From NCBI RefSeq assembly GCF_000143415.4, contig NW_003314267.1, positions 3,347,407-3,411,406 of the forward strand: a DNA stretch of 64,000 nt, given 5' to 3'. The translations under genes and the position numbers were made by a program. Source of the DNA: Selaginella moellendorffii (lineage: Eukaryota; Plantae; Lycopodiophyta). Shown here one piece after another: positions 1 to 11,917 of this stretch (positions within the stretch are counted from its first letter, which is position 1; every line of letters starts with the position of its first letter). Under the pieces are notes generated by a model. That model saw nothing but the letters and a program-made list of their open reading frames with translations, made no database searches and had not been told where the DNA came from.

Positions 1-350
1 GTATGCCCATGTGGGGTATATGCCGCAAGAATGAGACCACGATTCTTTCGGGAATGGAACACATGAGCTCCACTGGGGGCATTCAATCCCTAGCCACGAG
101 AGGAGAGCGTTTTTGTCGTAGCCTGTGATCGCGGATTTCATCCGGCATTCCATCGAAGATGTGCCTGCTGCTGGGCGTAGATCGAGATGATAATGCTCCA
201 GGAGAAGCGCTTCTTGCGGAAGAAGAGCTCGCGAAGGCTCACATTGGCGAGGTATTTGTCCTGCTCCAGGCCGATGGATGCAATCTGGGAGTCCTGTGCT
301 AGATCGCGCGCGGCAGTGCAGCAGCTGGAGGAGCGATTCTCTCAGGCATT
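1..350 (-). pseudogene. Degenerate PLS-class PPR gene fragment
   Basis: Minus-strand pieces QIASIGLEQDKYLAN, FSWSIIISIYAQ, IFDGMP and ILAAYTPHGH in shifting frames resemble PLS-type PPR motifs; no continuous ORF. Confidence 0.5.
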
Positions 351-357
351 CCGACGA

Positions 358-2910
358 TTTTGGAGTCTAGGGTTTATGGATTCCTGGCGATGAGTCGAGG
401 CTTCGGCTGCCACACCGTTGACAAGATTTATGGCAGCATTGCGCCTGTTGCGATCGGCTGCCATCGCTCACAGGTAGGGCCGCAAGCATCTCTAGCAATC
501 CTCTCACTCTTTGATGGATGACTTCTAGATGGCAGCAGCGCATTGCGAGCGCAGGCTTTTTCACCAGAAGCTCACTCTTTGGTACTCGGCCTTCTCAAAG
601 GGACGAGAAACACGATCTACTGCTCACTGCAAATGTCGCGGAGGCATCCCTGCGACGAGAATTCCCCCAGCAGCACGAGAAGGCGATCGACGACGACAAG
701 ATCACTAAACTGCTTGAGATGATCGAATCCAAGCCCGACACCTTCGAGGCTGTGAAGAAATGGATGAGGAGAGGGAACTGTTTGAGCAGCGACGTGCTCT
801 CCACGATTTATTTCTGGCTCATGAAACGCAAGCGCTACACCGAGATCATGAAGGTACGCTGCCATCCATCTTTTTTTCTTTCATAGCTTCTTGTGTTCTT
901 CAAACTTCGATTCCTTTCAGCTGCTAGAAGGCATTCGATGCGAGAGATTGGTGAAGTTCACCGACATGCACTGCGTCTGGGCGATTGGTGTCATCTCCCG
1001 GCGGCGAGGAATGGCCAAAGCCGAGCGTTTCTACGACAGCCTTCCAGAGAAGCTGAGGACTGACCGGGTGACAGTCGGGCTGTTTCTTAGTGTCGCGAAA
1101 GAGAACGGGCTCGCCAAGGCCGAGCAGTGGCTAGAGAAGATCCAGGTCCACACCACGGACATCCTCGACGTGATGATGGTGCTCTATCTCAACAGGGACA
1201 AGCACCACAAGGTGGTGGAGATGTTCGAGAGAATGCGGGGCTTGGGGCTCCAGCCGAGCGTGAGAACTTATCTCATGCTGCTCAAGTGCAAGGACAGGGG
1301 TGCCGGTGGATTGAATGCAATCGAGGGAGAAGCTCTTGGAGCTGTGCAGACGATGGATGTGGAGGACCCGCCGCTCAGAACGCTCAACGATGCGATGGAA
1401 GTTTATGGCTACGTCGGGAAACAGGATGGTATCGAGGAGCTTTGGAGATCATTGAAGAGAACGAGAAGTGATATCCACCAGTCCAGCTACTTCAGCGCGA
1501 TCACTGCATTGGGACTGGTTGGCGAGGTCGCCAAGGCTCGAGCACTTTGCAAGGAACTTCTAGCTGGATCGGACGAGTTTACGAAGTTTGAGCAGAATCC
1601 ACACGCTCTGATGCTAGAAGTTTATGCTCGCAATGGGATGATGGAGAAGGCGGAACGTATCTTGCAAAGCAAGGAGCTGGACCGCGACTCTTTCGCTCCT
1701 TACAACAGTTTGATTCAAGGCTACATGGCAGCCAACAACATTTCAGAGGCGCTCAAGAAGCTGGACGATGGTCTTGCAGCTGTGCCTGCGAAAAGCATCA
1801 GGCTGCAGTACAAGACGATGATGGTGCTGCTGCCAGTCTACGCAGCAAACGGCGACGTAGAGGGTGCCAAGGAGCTGATGCGGAGGTACACGAAGCTAGG
1901 TGATGCCGGAGTGTACAACGAGTTCCTCAAGGTCTACATCTCTCGCAAGCGCCACCCCAGAGAGTTCATGGAAAGGATGCAAGCGAACGGTGTCGAGGGG
2001 AACAGGGAAACGGAGAAGCTGCTGGAGGAGCTCGACATGTCGCCAGAAGGGGTCTTCAAGAGGCAAATGGAGCAGCAGGGTATATGGTTTTAGAATGGCT
2101 CGCTGGTTGTCACTCCTGCGGCAAAGGAGCCAGTGGGTGCGCGCATTTTCCAGCGAGAGCAGCGGCAGCAGCAGCGTCTCTAGGCATGCTCAGGTGCTCC
2201 CGGTGTGGCCGGTTGGAACGGAGACGAGATTCTCACAGATGATGTATGTCGGAGAAGCGGGTAAGAGCATTGATTCTTACAAGAGCGAGGACGTCTCGGA
2301 CTTCTGCGAGATGCTGCTGTCCAAGCCTGATATCTTTCAGGGCCTCAAAGAGTGGGTTCGTGAGGGTAACACCTTCTCAAGCTCCTTGTTGTCCAAAGTC
2401 TACTATCGATTGGCGAAGAGGAAGTAAGAGATTCTACAGGTAAAACACTCATTTTTTTTTTCGCCTGGTGTGCTGACTGCTTCGTGCACAGCTGCTGAGG
2501 TATCAGGGAGGAAAACATGGCCCAGACTACACAAACACACTACATTTGGGAGATGGATATAACTTGTCGGCAGCAATCTACGTACGCAGCAGAAATCTTT
2601 TACAACGATATTATTCCAGCCCGTTTCAGATCCGAGGTAACAGCAGCGCTAATCTTCAGCCTTGCAAAGAGAAATGCGCTCGCCAAGTCCGAGAAGTGGA
2701 TCGAACAGATGACGGTGCTGTCTACAGATCTCCTCAACATGCTCATGGCGTTGTATTTCGACCGGGACAAGCACGACAAGGTTCTGGAAACGTACGAAAG
2801 AATGTCCAAGCTCGGGCTGGAGCCGAGCATCAACACTTACTTGATGCTGCTCACTTACAAGGACAAGGCCGCTGGTGGCCTGGAAGGAATCGAGGGAGAA
2901 GCAGAGGAAG
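358..2910 (+). repeat. Segmental duplication of the PPR A-B pair (other copy ~17965-20510)
   Basis: Colinear and nearly identical from 'ttttggagtctagggtt' to 'gcagaggaag'. Confidence 0.95.
518..2093 (+). CDS. P-type PPR protein A, copy 1 (exons 518-853, 921-2093; ~502 aa), probable organellar transit peptide
   Basis: Phase-0 GT-AG intron 854-920 joins EIMK|LLEG. PPR-like helical repeats (FERMRGLGLQPSVRTYLMLL, YNSLIQGYMAANNISEAL). Arg/Ser-rich N-terminus. Confidence 0.85.
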
Positions 2911-2921
2911 AGTCGATCTAG
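2095..2921 (+). pseudogene. P-type PPR protein B, copy 1, disrupted and 3'-truncated
   Basis: Near-identical to 19679-20510, but a deletion near 2425 creates a stop, there are further indels, and homology ends at ~2910. Confidence 0.85.
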
Positions 2922-3084
2922 AGTTGCATAGCCTTGCTGCTCGCTGTGTGGTCTTGTTTTGCCCATGAGATCATCGTTTGCTCCGATACCATATTAGTTT
3001 TCTAGTTAAACGAGATACTTTGTTTCCACCACTTTGTCATTTTCTCCATGTATATATATATTTTCTCTTGCCACCTTGGATTAG

Positions 3085-3240
3085 ACTCCAGGCTGGCTAT
3101 CTACATGCTGGCGTCGGCCATAGCCTCTGTCGCTGGGATGGTCTTCCTCATGCTGTCTATGATTAGTCTCATCGAGCTGAGGTCGGGAGCTTTTAGTAGT
3201 GATAGCAGCTGGACGGAACGCGCTGGAATTCCCCTCAAAG
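3085..3240 (+). pseudogene. Fragment of a small plant membrane protein gene
   Basis: SRLAIYMLASAIASVAGMVFLMLSMISLIELRSG is a hydrophobic segment resembling a conserved plant membrane-protein family; no complete gene seen. Confidence 0.3.
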
Positions 3241-4299
3241 TTTTGTCTCCTCGTCTTCATCTCATCTGTTCTCTTTGCTTTCATCGAACTCTAATGCGAA
3301 TTCTACAAAACTTTTGGAAAAGAAAGCCTGTACTTGCCTGCTTCCCTGTGTTCCAGAAAACTAGCCCGAGAGTTCTCCGTCTTTCACGTCATTCATCAAA
3401 CTTGGCGGCTGGACTTCCATACCTTTCCATAGTAAGTCTGCCTGCCCTGGTAGATCTCCCAGGAAATCGTACATCTTTGCCCTGCTCTTCGTCCTTGATT
3501 TCCTCTTCTCGAAACGTCTTACCAGTTTGCTCGACCAACTCTTCCGCCCTGATTCAACAGGCGAAGCAGCACGCTTGACGGGCTTCGGCTCTTCTTCTAC
3601 AATGGAAAACCTGTCTTTATCGGATGACTGCACAACCCTGATCTCTGGAAACTCCAATACTGTCTTGAAAAAAAGCTGCTGGTCGTAGTACGATTCTTTG
3701 GCCTGATGGTTACCAGAATTAGCAACCGGATACAAAACACACACATACAAGTGTTCTTACATCATCGAGCTCAGAAGCTTCAGCTGATCTACTGGTTGCC
3801 GCAAAAACTCCCGCAATTGGTGTTGAATGGCCGGACTGTGTGCGACTGGGGTGATAAATGTTTCTCAAGCACAGTACCAAGGTTGAAATGCTCGTCCAAA
3901 CTGGAAAAGATAGAGGAATTGTGTCAGTCAATACACTTGAAGAGTCGAGCAGGGATGAACATACTTCTCATCAACAAGGCAAATGTCAGTGGAATGAAAG
4001 ATCCATTCAACTCTCTAGTACATGCACTTCTGCCTAGAATGCATTTAAACCTTTAGCAAAGAACAAATCTGGAGAGCTTACTTCCTATTGAAGTACATGG
4101 TATTAACTATCCTTCTCAATGTTCCATTTGCCATGTGAATAAACTTGGTTTTGCGAAAGTGAGCCTGGTAGATTAGCCCCCTCCCCCTTGAGGAACACAT
4201 GCTTTGGGCTTTCACCCCACACTTCTTTTAGTACTAGGAGTTAGTCTTTAAGACAAGCTTAAAACTTATTAAATATGGAATATCCCTATATTGCAAATT

Positions 4300-5379
4300 T
4301 GGATACGGGACAAACACCATTGTATTCAAGACAATCTCTACATTCTGTAGATATGCCAAATGAGCAAATCTAGACACTTTCCATAAATAACATTTGGGAC
4401 CGGAATGAGACTAACACAAAGGGCATGATAGCGAAAGTGTTTAGCAGACACGGTAAGCTATCATTCAACATTATTGAGGGACTAATTTTAATACGCAAGG
4501 GTTCTTATCAAGCTAGTGCAAGATAAAGTAAAAAATAACTAAAAAGCCAGGCCAAGTATGCTTAACTAAATAAACATTTAGGAATTCTTTCCTTATATTC
4601 ATCCAACCAAGTACAAATGCTAAGCCCAATTTACTAACATTTGAATAAGAAGGATTGATAAAGGGTCCAGCAATACTGACCTTTTGTCGTCATGGCAGTA
4701 AGGAAAGAGTGTCCATAAAGACTGGCCGATAAGTAACTTTTGATACCCAAAGTCACATTCACAACAACTTGAGTGTGCTTGGTTAGTGTTATCCTATTGC
4801 ATATATCAACTATATATTACAACTAACAAAGGTGAACTACTCCATGATAAAAGAGTGTTTAATAATAGTTTGCGGTTTCGAAAAACTTCATGTAAATCTA
4901 CATTGTTCTCAGACATTACTAAAAGGTGATCATACTATAATTACTTCATTATCAAAGCGGAAGAACTTAGTTGGCCTTACTACTTAGTGTGCTTTGAAAC
5001 TTTAGATATATGATTTTGATATTATTTATTGCCCAGGGAGTTTTATGGTTAATGTTAATGCCCTTTCTCAAGCTTCTCTTCCTTCTTCACTTTTTTTTTC
5101 ATATTTTTGATAAATTTATTGTTCTAGCATTTGTGAATTTTTTAGACAAGGATTCCATGCTATTGATGGTTGTTATAATTGATGTTCAATATCTATAAGG
5201 CACAAAACAAGATTTACTTTCTCTTGATAAAGTTTGTGAAGCTCAAAAGATTGAACCGTGGATTCAAAAACTTCGGGATAGGTTTAAGAATCTTGCATCA
5301 CGTACTGATAACTTGCTATTTTAGCATTTACAGTCTCAATATTGCCTTGAGGATAATCTTTTCTATTTTGTGGGGATGG
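4300..5379 (+). mobile_element. Decayed Ty3/gypsy pol (RT end / RNase H)
   Basis: Degenerate motifs YSMIKECLIIVCGFEK (cf. YSTIEKECLAIV) and YDFDIIYCPGSFMVNVNALS (cf. YDFEIQYRPGKENVVADALS); many stops; purine run just before the LTR at 5380. Confidence 0.7.
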
Positions 5380-6905
5380 TGTAAGCGATTAATTTTTCCA
5401 TTTTACTTTAGTCACTTAGCCGCACCTCCGACCACTTGGAGAAGTCTCATTCACAACCTCTATAAGTCTCAGTTAGGACTTGGGGCTTGCTAGCCCCGAG
5501 AATGGCATCCATGCCACTCAACCTTTGCACTTGGTCCAAGTGCTCCACGTGTCCAATCCCATGATCGACACCCCAAGGTACCAACGACATATCGGCCCGT
5601 TACGCTAAGGCCATGCCCATTCACCTTGGTTACACCAGTGGTCTAATGCCACCTGCATCATAGTCCCGTCTCTCAAAGACTAAGCCATCCGTCCGTGAAT
5701 GATCATCCCAAATCTACTCCTTAGCATCCTTAGGATGCCTATAAACATGGGGAATAGCCTTCCCTGACAACTCTTTTCTAGTCCCCACCAAGTCCCTTTT
5801 TGTCTATGGCCGTGTTCGCCAACACTACCACTAGATCAAGGCCTGCAGGCCCAACCTCTAAGTCCCACTATCCTTTGGGACTTCCTCACCATGTGACCAT
5901 ATCTTTGGTCATTACACTAGAGGACTGCTCCTCTTCCCTTTCACCGTTTGGGACTTTGGGACAACATTTCGGAACACCGTGGCCTTACGCAAGTCTCATG
6001 GGTACTCTCCCCGCCTTTCGCCTTTAGGTGCTCTAGCCATGGGCTTAGAGCGAGGTTTCGTTGAGCCACGCCAGGTATCCAAGTAGGTAGTGCCACCCAC
6101 ATTTGGACTGGGAGCATCAGCTAATTGATCTCCCGAGGGAACTAGAGCCGGCTCTTGAACACTTCACCAAGCTACCTTGCTTGTCTGTCCATGTTCACTC
6201 TAGTCTTGGACTTCTCAGTGGGCAGCTCATCACCCAACACTGGGTACAGCCTTCCTGGGCCAAATTGGCCTTTGCTGGCCAAACTAGCTCCATTGCAGTC
6301 TTCCCCCTACTATACTTTTGGAGCTCACTAAACCCCCCAGGGTCTGGGAGACAAACGCTTTGGGCTTTCACCCTCTCAGACTCAAACTTGAACTCGGACT
6401 CAAACTCAGACTCGGACTCAAACTCGGCCTTGGTCTCGGTCTCGGTCCCGATCTTGGTCCCGGTCTCGGTCTCAGTCCCGGTCTCGGTCTCGACCTCGGA
6501 CTCCACCTCGGGTCCTTCTCGGACTCCATTTCGGGTCCATCTCAGACTCCTTCCCATGTCCACCTCAGACTCCAACTTGGGTCCATCTCGGACTCTATCT
6601 CAGACTCCACTTCGAACTCCAACTTGGGTCCATCTCGAACTCTATCTCGGGTCCATCTCGGGCCTGTCTTAGACACTTCCACATGTCATGTGTTGGTCCC
6701 TTTGGGTCCCTTTTTGGAGCCTCGCTTTTTGCTCACTTCGTGCTTGTTCCTTGAGCACTTTGTTGGGAGTTCCACTCCCACTCCCAACCTTTCAAGTCGG
6801 AGCTTTTAATCCAAACATGTTACGCTCGTTTGGTTTTTGCTTTGGCCACTACTACATAGCACCCTTCTGGCTCCACTTTGGGGCCTAGGGATTTTGTGTT
6901 TCACA
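5380..6905 (+). mobile_element. LTR, older copy of the 37946-39779 family
   Basis: Starts TGTAAG, ends TCACA, colinear with 37946-39779. Flanks GATGG/AACAG are not a TSD. Confidence 0.85.
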
Positions 6906-7073
6906 AACAGATTTTAATGATCATTTATGACTAGTGGTGCCTTTGGTCTTTATTCTATGTTCTCTCCATGCCTACCATGATTCTCTTATTCTAGGCAGAC
7001 ATATGGGACATTGTTATGTGACTGAAGAGTTACATAGGTTTTTCTATTGGCTGAAAATGTGATATGATGTTAT

Positions 7074-7756
7074 TATAGTGCATGTGATCATGGGATGAAA
7101 TTTAGATATATTGTCATCGTGGATCCTTAGAACTTTGGGAGATAAATGGGGCACTAAAGGCTCTCTTATCAAGTAATTGCCCCTTTTCCAATTGGCTAAG
7201 GGGAGAGAAATAGGGTGCATTACATGTAGTATCAAAGAAAATGGCAAAGGTTCAATTCTCATTGATTAGTGGCTACTTAAAAAATATAATATACCCTTGA
7301 ACAAGGTATATTCTTACCCCTAAATTTGAAATCATATGTATTGGGCATCCATACATCCTTCCTCTTGTGAAGTATTCCACACGAAGGTATCGACCATGGG
7401 ACTATAGTATGGGTGAATGACTAGTTGCTTCACATAGAATAATCTACACAATGGAAAGATTAGTAGATTCAATGCAAAAATGAAGGTGTTAGTTCCCTTT
7501 GGCTTAGTAAAGGTTGTTAATCAATAGTCAATGAGGATATTAACATCTCTAAAGGGGGGTAAGTGTAATATTAACATCTCTAAAGGGGGGTAAGTGTAAC
7601 ACATGTGATCATGGGATGAGATTTAAATATACTGTCACTATGGATCCTTGGAACTTTGGGGGTTAAATTAGGATAAAATAGCCACTAAGGGCTCTCTCAT
7701 CAAGTAATTGCCCCTTTTCTAATTAGTTTAAGGGAAGAGAAATAGGGTGCACTACA
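7074..7756 (+). mobile_element. TRIM (terminal-repeat retrotransposon in miniature)
   Basis: Two ~150-160 bp direct repeats (7074-7224, 7595-7756) ending ACA. Degenerate Met-type PBS 'tagtatcaaag' after LTR1, PPT 'aaagggggg' before LTR2, imperfect TSD gttat/attat. Confidence 0.75.
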
Positions 7757-8224
7757 ATTATTCAATATGTGTATACCTCTGTTTGATACCAAGTTCATAA
7801 TACTCCTCCTCGTGCTACAGAAGGACAATTGAAGTTAATTGCAATTTCCTATTTATTTGAGTTGATAGCATTTAATTTGATGGGGCCTTTTCTATGGTCA
7901 ACTACTAGCAATGAGTATGTCATTATTGCTTCTGACTACTTAACTCTCTGGGTGAAAGTCGGTGCTCTTGCTAGTACATCTATAACTACTATTGGATAAT
8001 TCTTCCTCAATTGAGTGGTATTCCAACATTCATGTCCGAAGCAAATTCTTTTGGATAATAGTCTTACATTTATAGCTGAGGCATTTCGCATTTTGACATC
8101 TTGATTGGTGATATGCCAAATTTTCACAAATGATTATCAACCATAGTCAAATGATTTGGTGAAACAATTTGTTCAAACCTTTAAAGGGATGATCACAATT
8201 TCCATATTCCATGCACTCACTCAA

Positions 8225-8323
8225 ACATACACACACACACACACACACACAAAGATATACATATATATATATACATATATATACATATATGTATATATAT
8301 ATATGTATATATGTATATATATA
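8225..8323. repeat. Compound (CA)n/(TA)n microsatellite
   Basis: Directly visible. Confidence 0.95.
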
Positions 8324-9158
8324 AACAAAAAGATCCACTAAATCCTATGTCAAGAAGACTATATTGATGAGCTTACCCACCTACCTCTATGATCTTCAAG
8401 CCAAGCTCCAAGTAGATGGAGCTCAACATGGCAGCTACTCCTGAATCACAGTGCTATAATAAAATACTAATCAAGAACTAGAATCCTTGGCAACATAAAC
8501 AAAAAAATTCACTATTGAGGACTGCAATTGTGGCTCAGCTAAAGCCACCAAGAGGCCCCACTACTCTAAGAAGGGAGAAAGAGAAGAAAAAAGGGAATAA
8601 AAACACTAATATTAGAGTTGCTCTTACTTGATCTTTTCACCATGCCCTTGTGGAATCATAGCTACCATGTGAAGGCCATGGATGTAGCTACATATACCCA
8701 ATGTATGGTTGTGGCCACACTGCTAGGGCTATAGCAAAGTGGCCCCTCCTCATTAGGGTTTCATCCCATTTGCTTTGCACTTGAGCTTTTTGGCGTTGCA
8801 AGTGTGTGAGTGTGTGTGTGTGAGAGTGTGGAGCTGTGGTTGGGGTTGAAAAATGCCTTAACAACCTTTCACAATCAAATATCTGATGAAGCTCTTCCTT
8901 TCTTTTTCCTTGCTCCTTTATAGTTGTTATTAACATCTCTAACCATAACTTTGCCATCAAGATAATAGTAGTATTGATTTGGATTCAAGTTATAAAATAG
9001 CATTGTAGCAAGAAGAAATTTCTTAGCTCTATCTAGATCCATGATTCAAATTAAAATTGAAGTTTGATCCAGCTTTGCGCGGTGGATCCTCTCCTCCCAG
9101 TAAGCAATCTCTAGGTCTAGCAGCAGGAACAGCGCTAGCAGCGGCAGGCGGTAGGGCG

Positions 9159-9232
9159 ATGACGATCTTGTACGCGCTCGTCGCTAGAGGATCGGTCGTG
9201 CTCGCCGAGTTTAGTGCTGTCACAGGGAATGT
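9159..9232 (+). pseudogene. Captured 5' fragment of a VAMP7/VAMP71-type longin R-SNARE
   Basis: MTILYALVARGSVVLAEFSAVTGN matches the VAMP71 N-terminus, then breaks into TE-like sequence. Confidence 0.75.
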
Positions 9233-10981
9233 GGCAATGACATGGCAATGTGACATGGTAGTGATGGGGTGGTAGTTGGCAATATGGCAGAATAAAATAT
9301 TCTAGAAGTTGAGCAAGGAGAATTAAAAGTTAGCTTTCTAGAAGGACTACAGCTAGATGTCAAAACCATATCATTAATCCATAGGTTATGGGTAAGGAGT
9401 GGCAAAACATGTAGAATCCAAGTATAGGTAGGAAGACATTAACAGGCTACCAAAATCGTGGGCTTGAGAGTATGAAATGCAAGAGTTTGAAGTTCAATCA
9501 TCCTTTGGACAACCACAACATTGGGTCTCTTAAGGGAGAAGTTTCCATCTCCTTTAGAGAAGAGAGAGTGTTTCCTTACAAGGAATCTTTATAGTAGCTT
9601 GCAATTGATATGGCATTGTGGTGTTCTTAAGTTTATAATATTTATGCACATGTGCTTTTGAGTTTGACATGGTGCACGAGAGGAGGAGTCTAAGAGCCTT
9701 TGCCTGAGCTGGAACTCCAACAGGAAATTCTTCTTCATTTGAAGTGAGAAAGGAGTTTAGTTAGCATCTCTTTGGTTGAGCTAGTGATGAATCTATAAGG
9801 GGCTTGAGATCACAGTGGAAACATGGTGTTCCTAAGATTGCTTGGGTTCAAGAGAGAGTAATCTAGAGTTGACCTATCAATTTGAGTGAGAGAGGAGTTT
9901 CGTTGGCACCTTCTAGTAGTGTTGGAGGGAATCTACAAGAGGCTTACGATCAGCCATCATAACACAATGATTCTAAGTGCTAGAAAGTTGTTAGGAGTCA
10001 CTTAGAGTGAAAAGGAAGTCGGTTGGGTTGGTGGTGATTGAGCACAAGAGAGAGCATCTAAAGTAGTTAGGTACTGTTGGAACAACTAAGAATTAACATC
10101 TATAACATGAGGCATATTTGAGGCATTGCAAGCTGGGCAGCAACATTCCTAATGGGAAAGAGGCCTTGATAGGGCCAGGAGTAGAGGGTATGTCTAGAGC
10201 AACTTGGGTGTGAGGTTGATAAAGAAGCAATAGCCAAGTGACACGTAGTACCATGCAGTTGCTGCCATGTGGATCAGTCCCAGCTTGGACTGTTCACCCA
10301 CCCTCACAAACTAATTGAGGAAACCAAAGGCATTCTTTAATAAATTGTGATTATAAGAGTGTTTTATGTTAGAGCCTCATATATTGAAAATGAGGGAACC
10401 TTGGGGTGCTATCAACTACATGTTTGGAAACTAAGTGTAGGAGAAAGTCGAATACAGTCAAATCTTTGGAAGAAGTTAAAAGAGTGGAGGCCTTAGCCAT
10501 GTGGCCCACTTCCTGCAAACCTCTTGAATTATGAGTGTTGGTCATGTACTGTGGAAGACACATTAACAACAGAAACCAACTCTTAGAATTCAACCACATG
10601 TAATTAACTCAGCAAAACAAACTATATAAAAGAAATTAAAAATAAATAAATAAATAGTGGTAATCCTTGTATATCAACTTACAATAAAATCTAGTCTTAT
10701 CGATAGAGTTAGTTGGGTTTGACTTCACAATTTCTTGGGAGTGCAAATACTAAGTATTGGGATCAATACTTAATATAAATTAATTAATACACCCAAACAA
10801 AGCTATAGAATATAAATGCTAAATTTCTTATTTTTCAATAAAAGAGTTTTTATAAACACATTCATTAATTCAGCAGTTACAGATATAACTTGTTAAATTT
10901 TTATATTTTTTAGTTGTGAAAATACTATTTCTATTAAGAGATATTTAAATTACCAATAATATGACTAGAAATTTGATTATT

Positions 10982-11917
10982 TTATATTTTATTTATACAA
11001 TTAATATGATTAGCAGTATTACTTTCCCACCAAATTTTATTTGGTCTTTTTACTTCATAAGAAATAAGATTACAATCATTTTGTAAAGTTAAAATTGTTA
11101 TAAATAAACATTTAATACAAAATTTATTAATAGACCACATAATATTATTTTTCTCAGAATATAATACAATGTTACCATCTGTTTGAAGAGTAAGGACACA
11201 AATTCCAAAATAGTTATATTTACTGCCTCTTCTCCATAACAAAAACTTTCCAGAATATAAAGAAATTTTACAGTTTGACTCAACCAATAATATATTTATA
11301 CCATTTGGAGATGTTATAAACTGATTAGTATAGAGAAAATTATGTTTAAACCCAATTTTGAGAGATGTTTTACTAATATCACAATTCCTGCTATATAGTA
11401 AATAATCTCTATATGTTCTATTGAATGTATTATAATGATAATTTTTGTAAACAATACCATATTCAATTTGATAATAATTAGAATTTATTTGACATCCATC
11501 AGAACGTGCTTCATAAAAAGTATTTCGGTATGTATTAATCAAATGTCTAAATGTAGCTCTTAATGTATGACCTTTGATTGTTCTAATATTATTTGAAAAT
11601 GGACTTGATTCACAATAAGGCTGGTCACCTTGCATTCTATTGAAAGTCACAACTGCAGAACCTGTTTTACCTAAATCAACCACAAATAAATCATTATAGT
11701 TTGCTGGATAAGTTGTGTTTATTGTATGAATATTAGTTAATAAATTTTCAAATCCATCACTAATAATCATTCCCATTTCTTGTTCTGACAAAGAATTATT
11801 GTCTCCCCAATAAACTTTATGTTTATAGTTTACTGCATAAACTATAGAAAAATAAAATACTATTAGTAATAAGCTGGTTATTTTTTTATTTTTTGAAACA
11901 ATTTCAAAATTACACAT
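10982..11917 (-). CDS. Secreted protein: unknown N-terminal domain + C-terminal bulb-type (GNA/B-) lectin domain, 311 aa, intronless, very AT-rich
   Basis: Uninterrupted ORF with hydrophobic signal-like N-terminus. B-lectin motifs LTLQTDGNIVLY and LTLQNDCNLISY...WESNT. Confidence 0.7.
   Translation of the reverse strand: MCNFEIVSKNKKITSLLLIVFYFSIVYAVNYKHKVYWGDNNSLSEQEMGMIISDGFENLLTNIHTINTTYPANYNDLFVVDLGKTGSAVVTFNRMQGDQPYCESSPFSNNIRTIKGHTLRATFRHLINTYRNTFYEARSDGCQINSNYYQIEYGIVYKNYHYNTFNRTYRDYLLYSRNCDISKTSLKIGFKHNFLYTNQFITSPNGINILLVESNCKISLYSGKFLLWRRGSKYNYFGICVLTLQTDGNIVLYSEKNNIMWSINKFCIKCLFITILTLQNDCNLISYEVKRPNKIWWESNTANHINCINKI

Noticed and set aside
3361-4130. Minus-strand ORF pieces (129 aa and others)
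   Set aside because: No recognisable domain or consistent gene model.
8147-8341. Short ORFs rich in Y/I/H/T
   Set aside because: Translations of the microsatellite.
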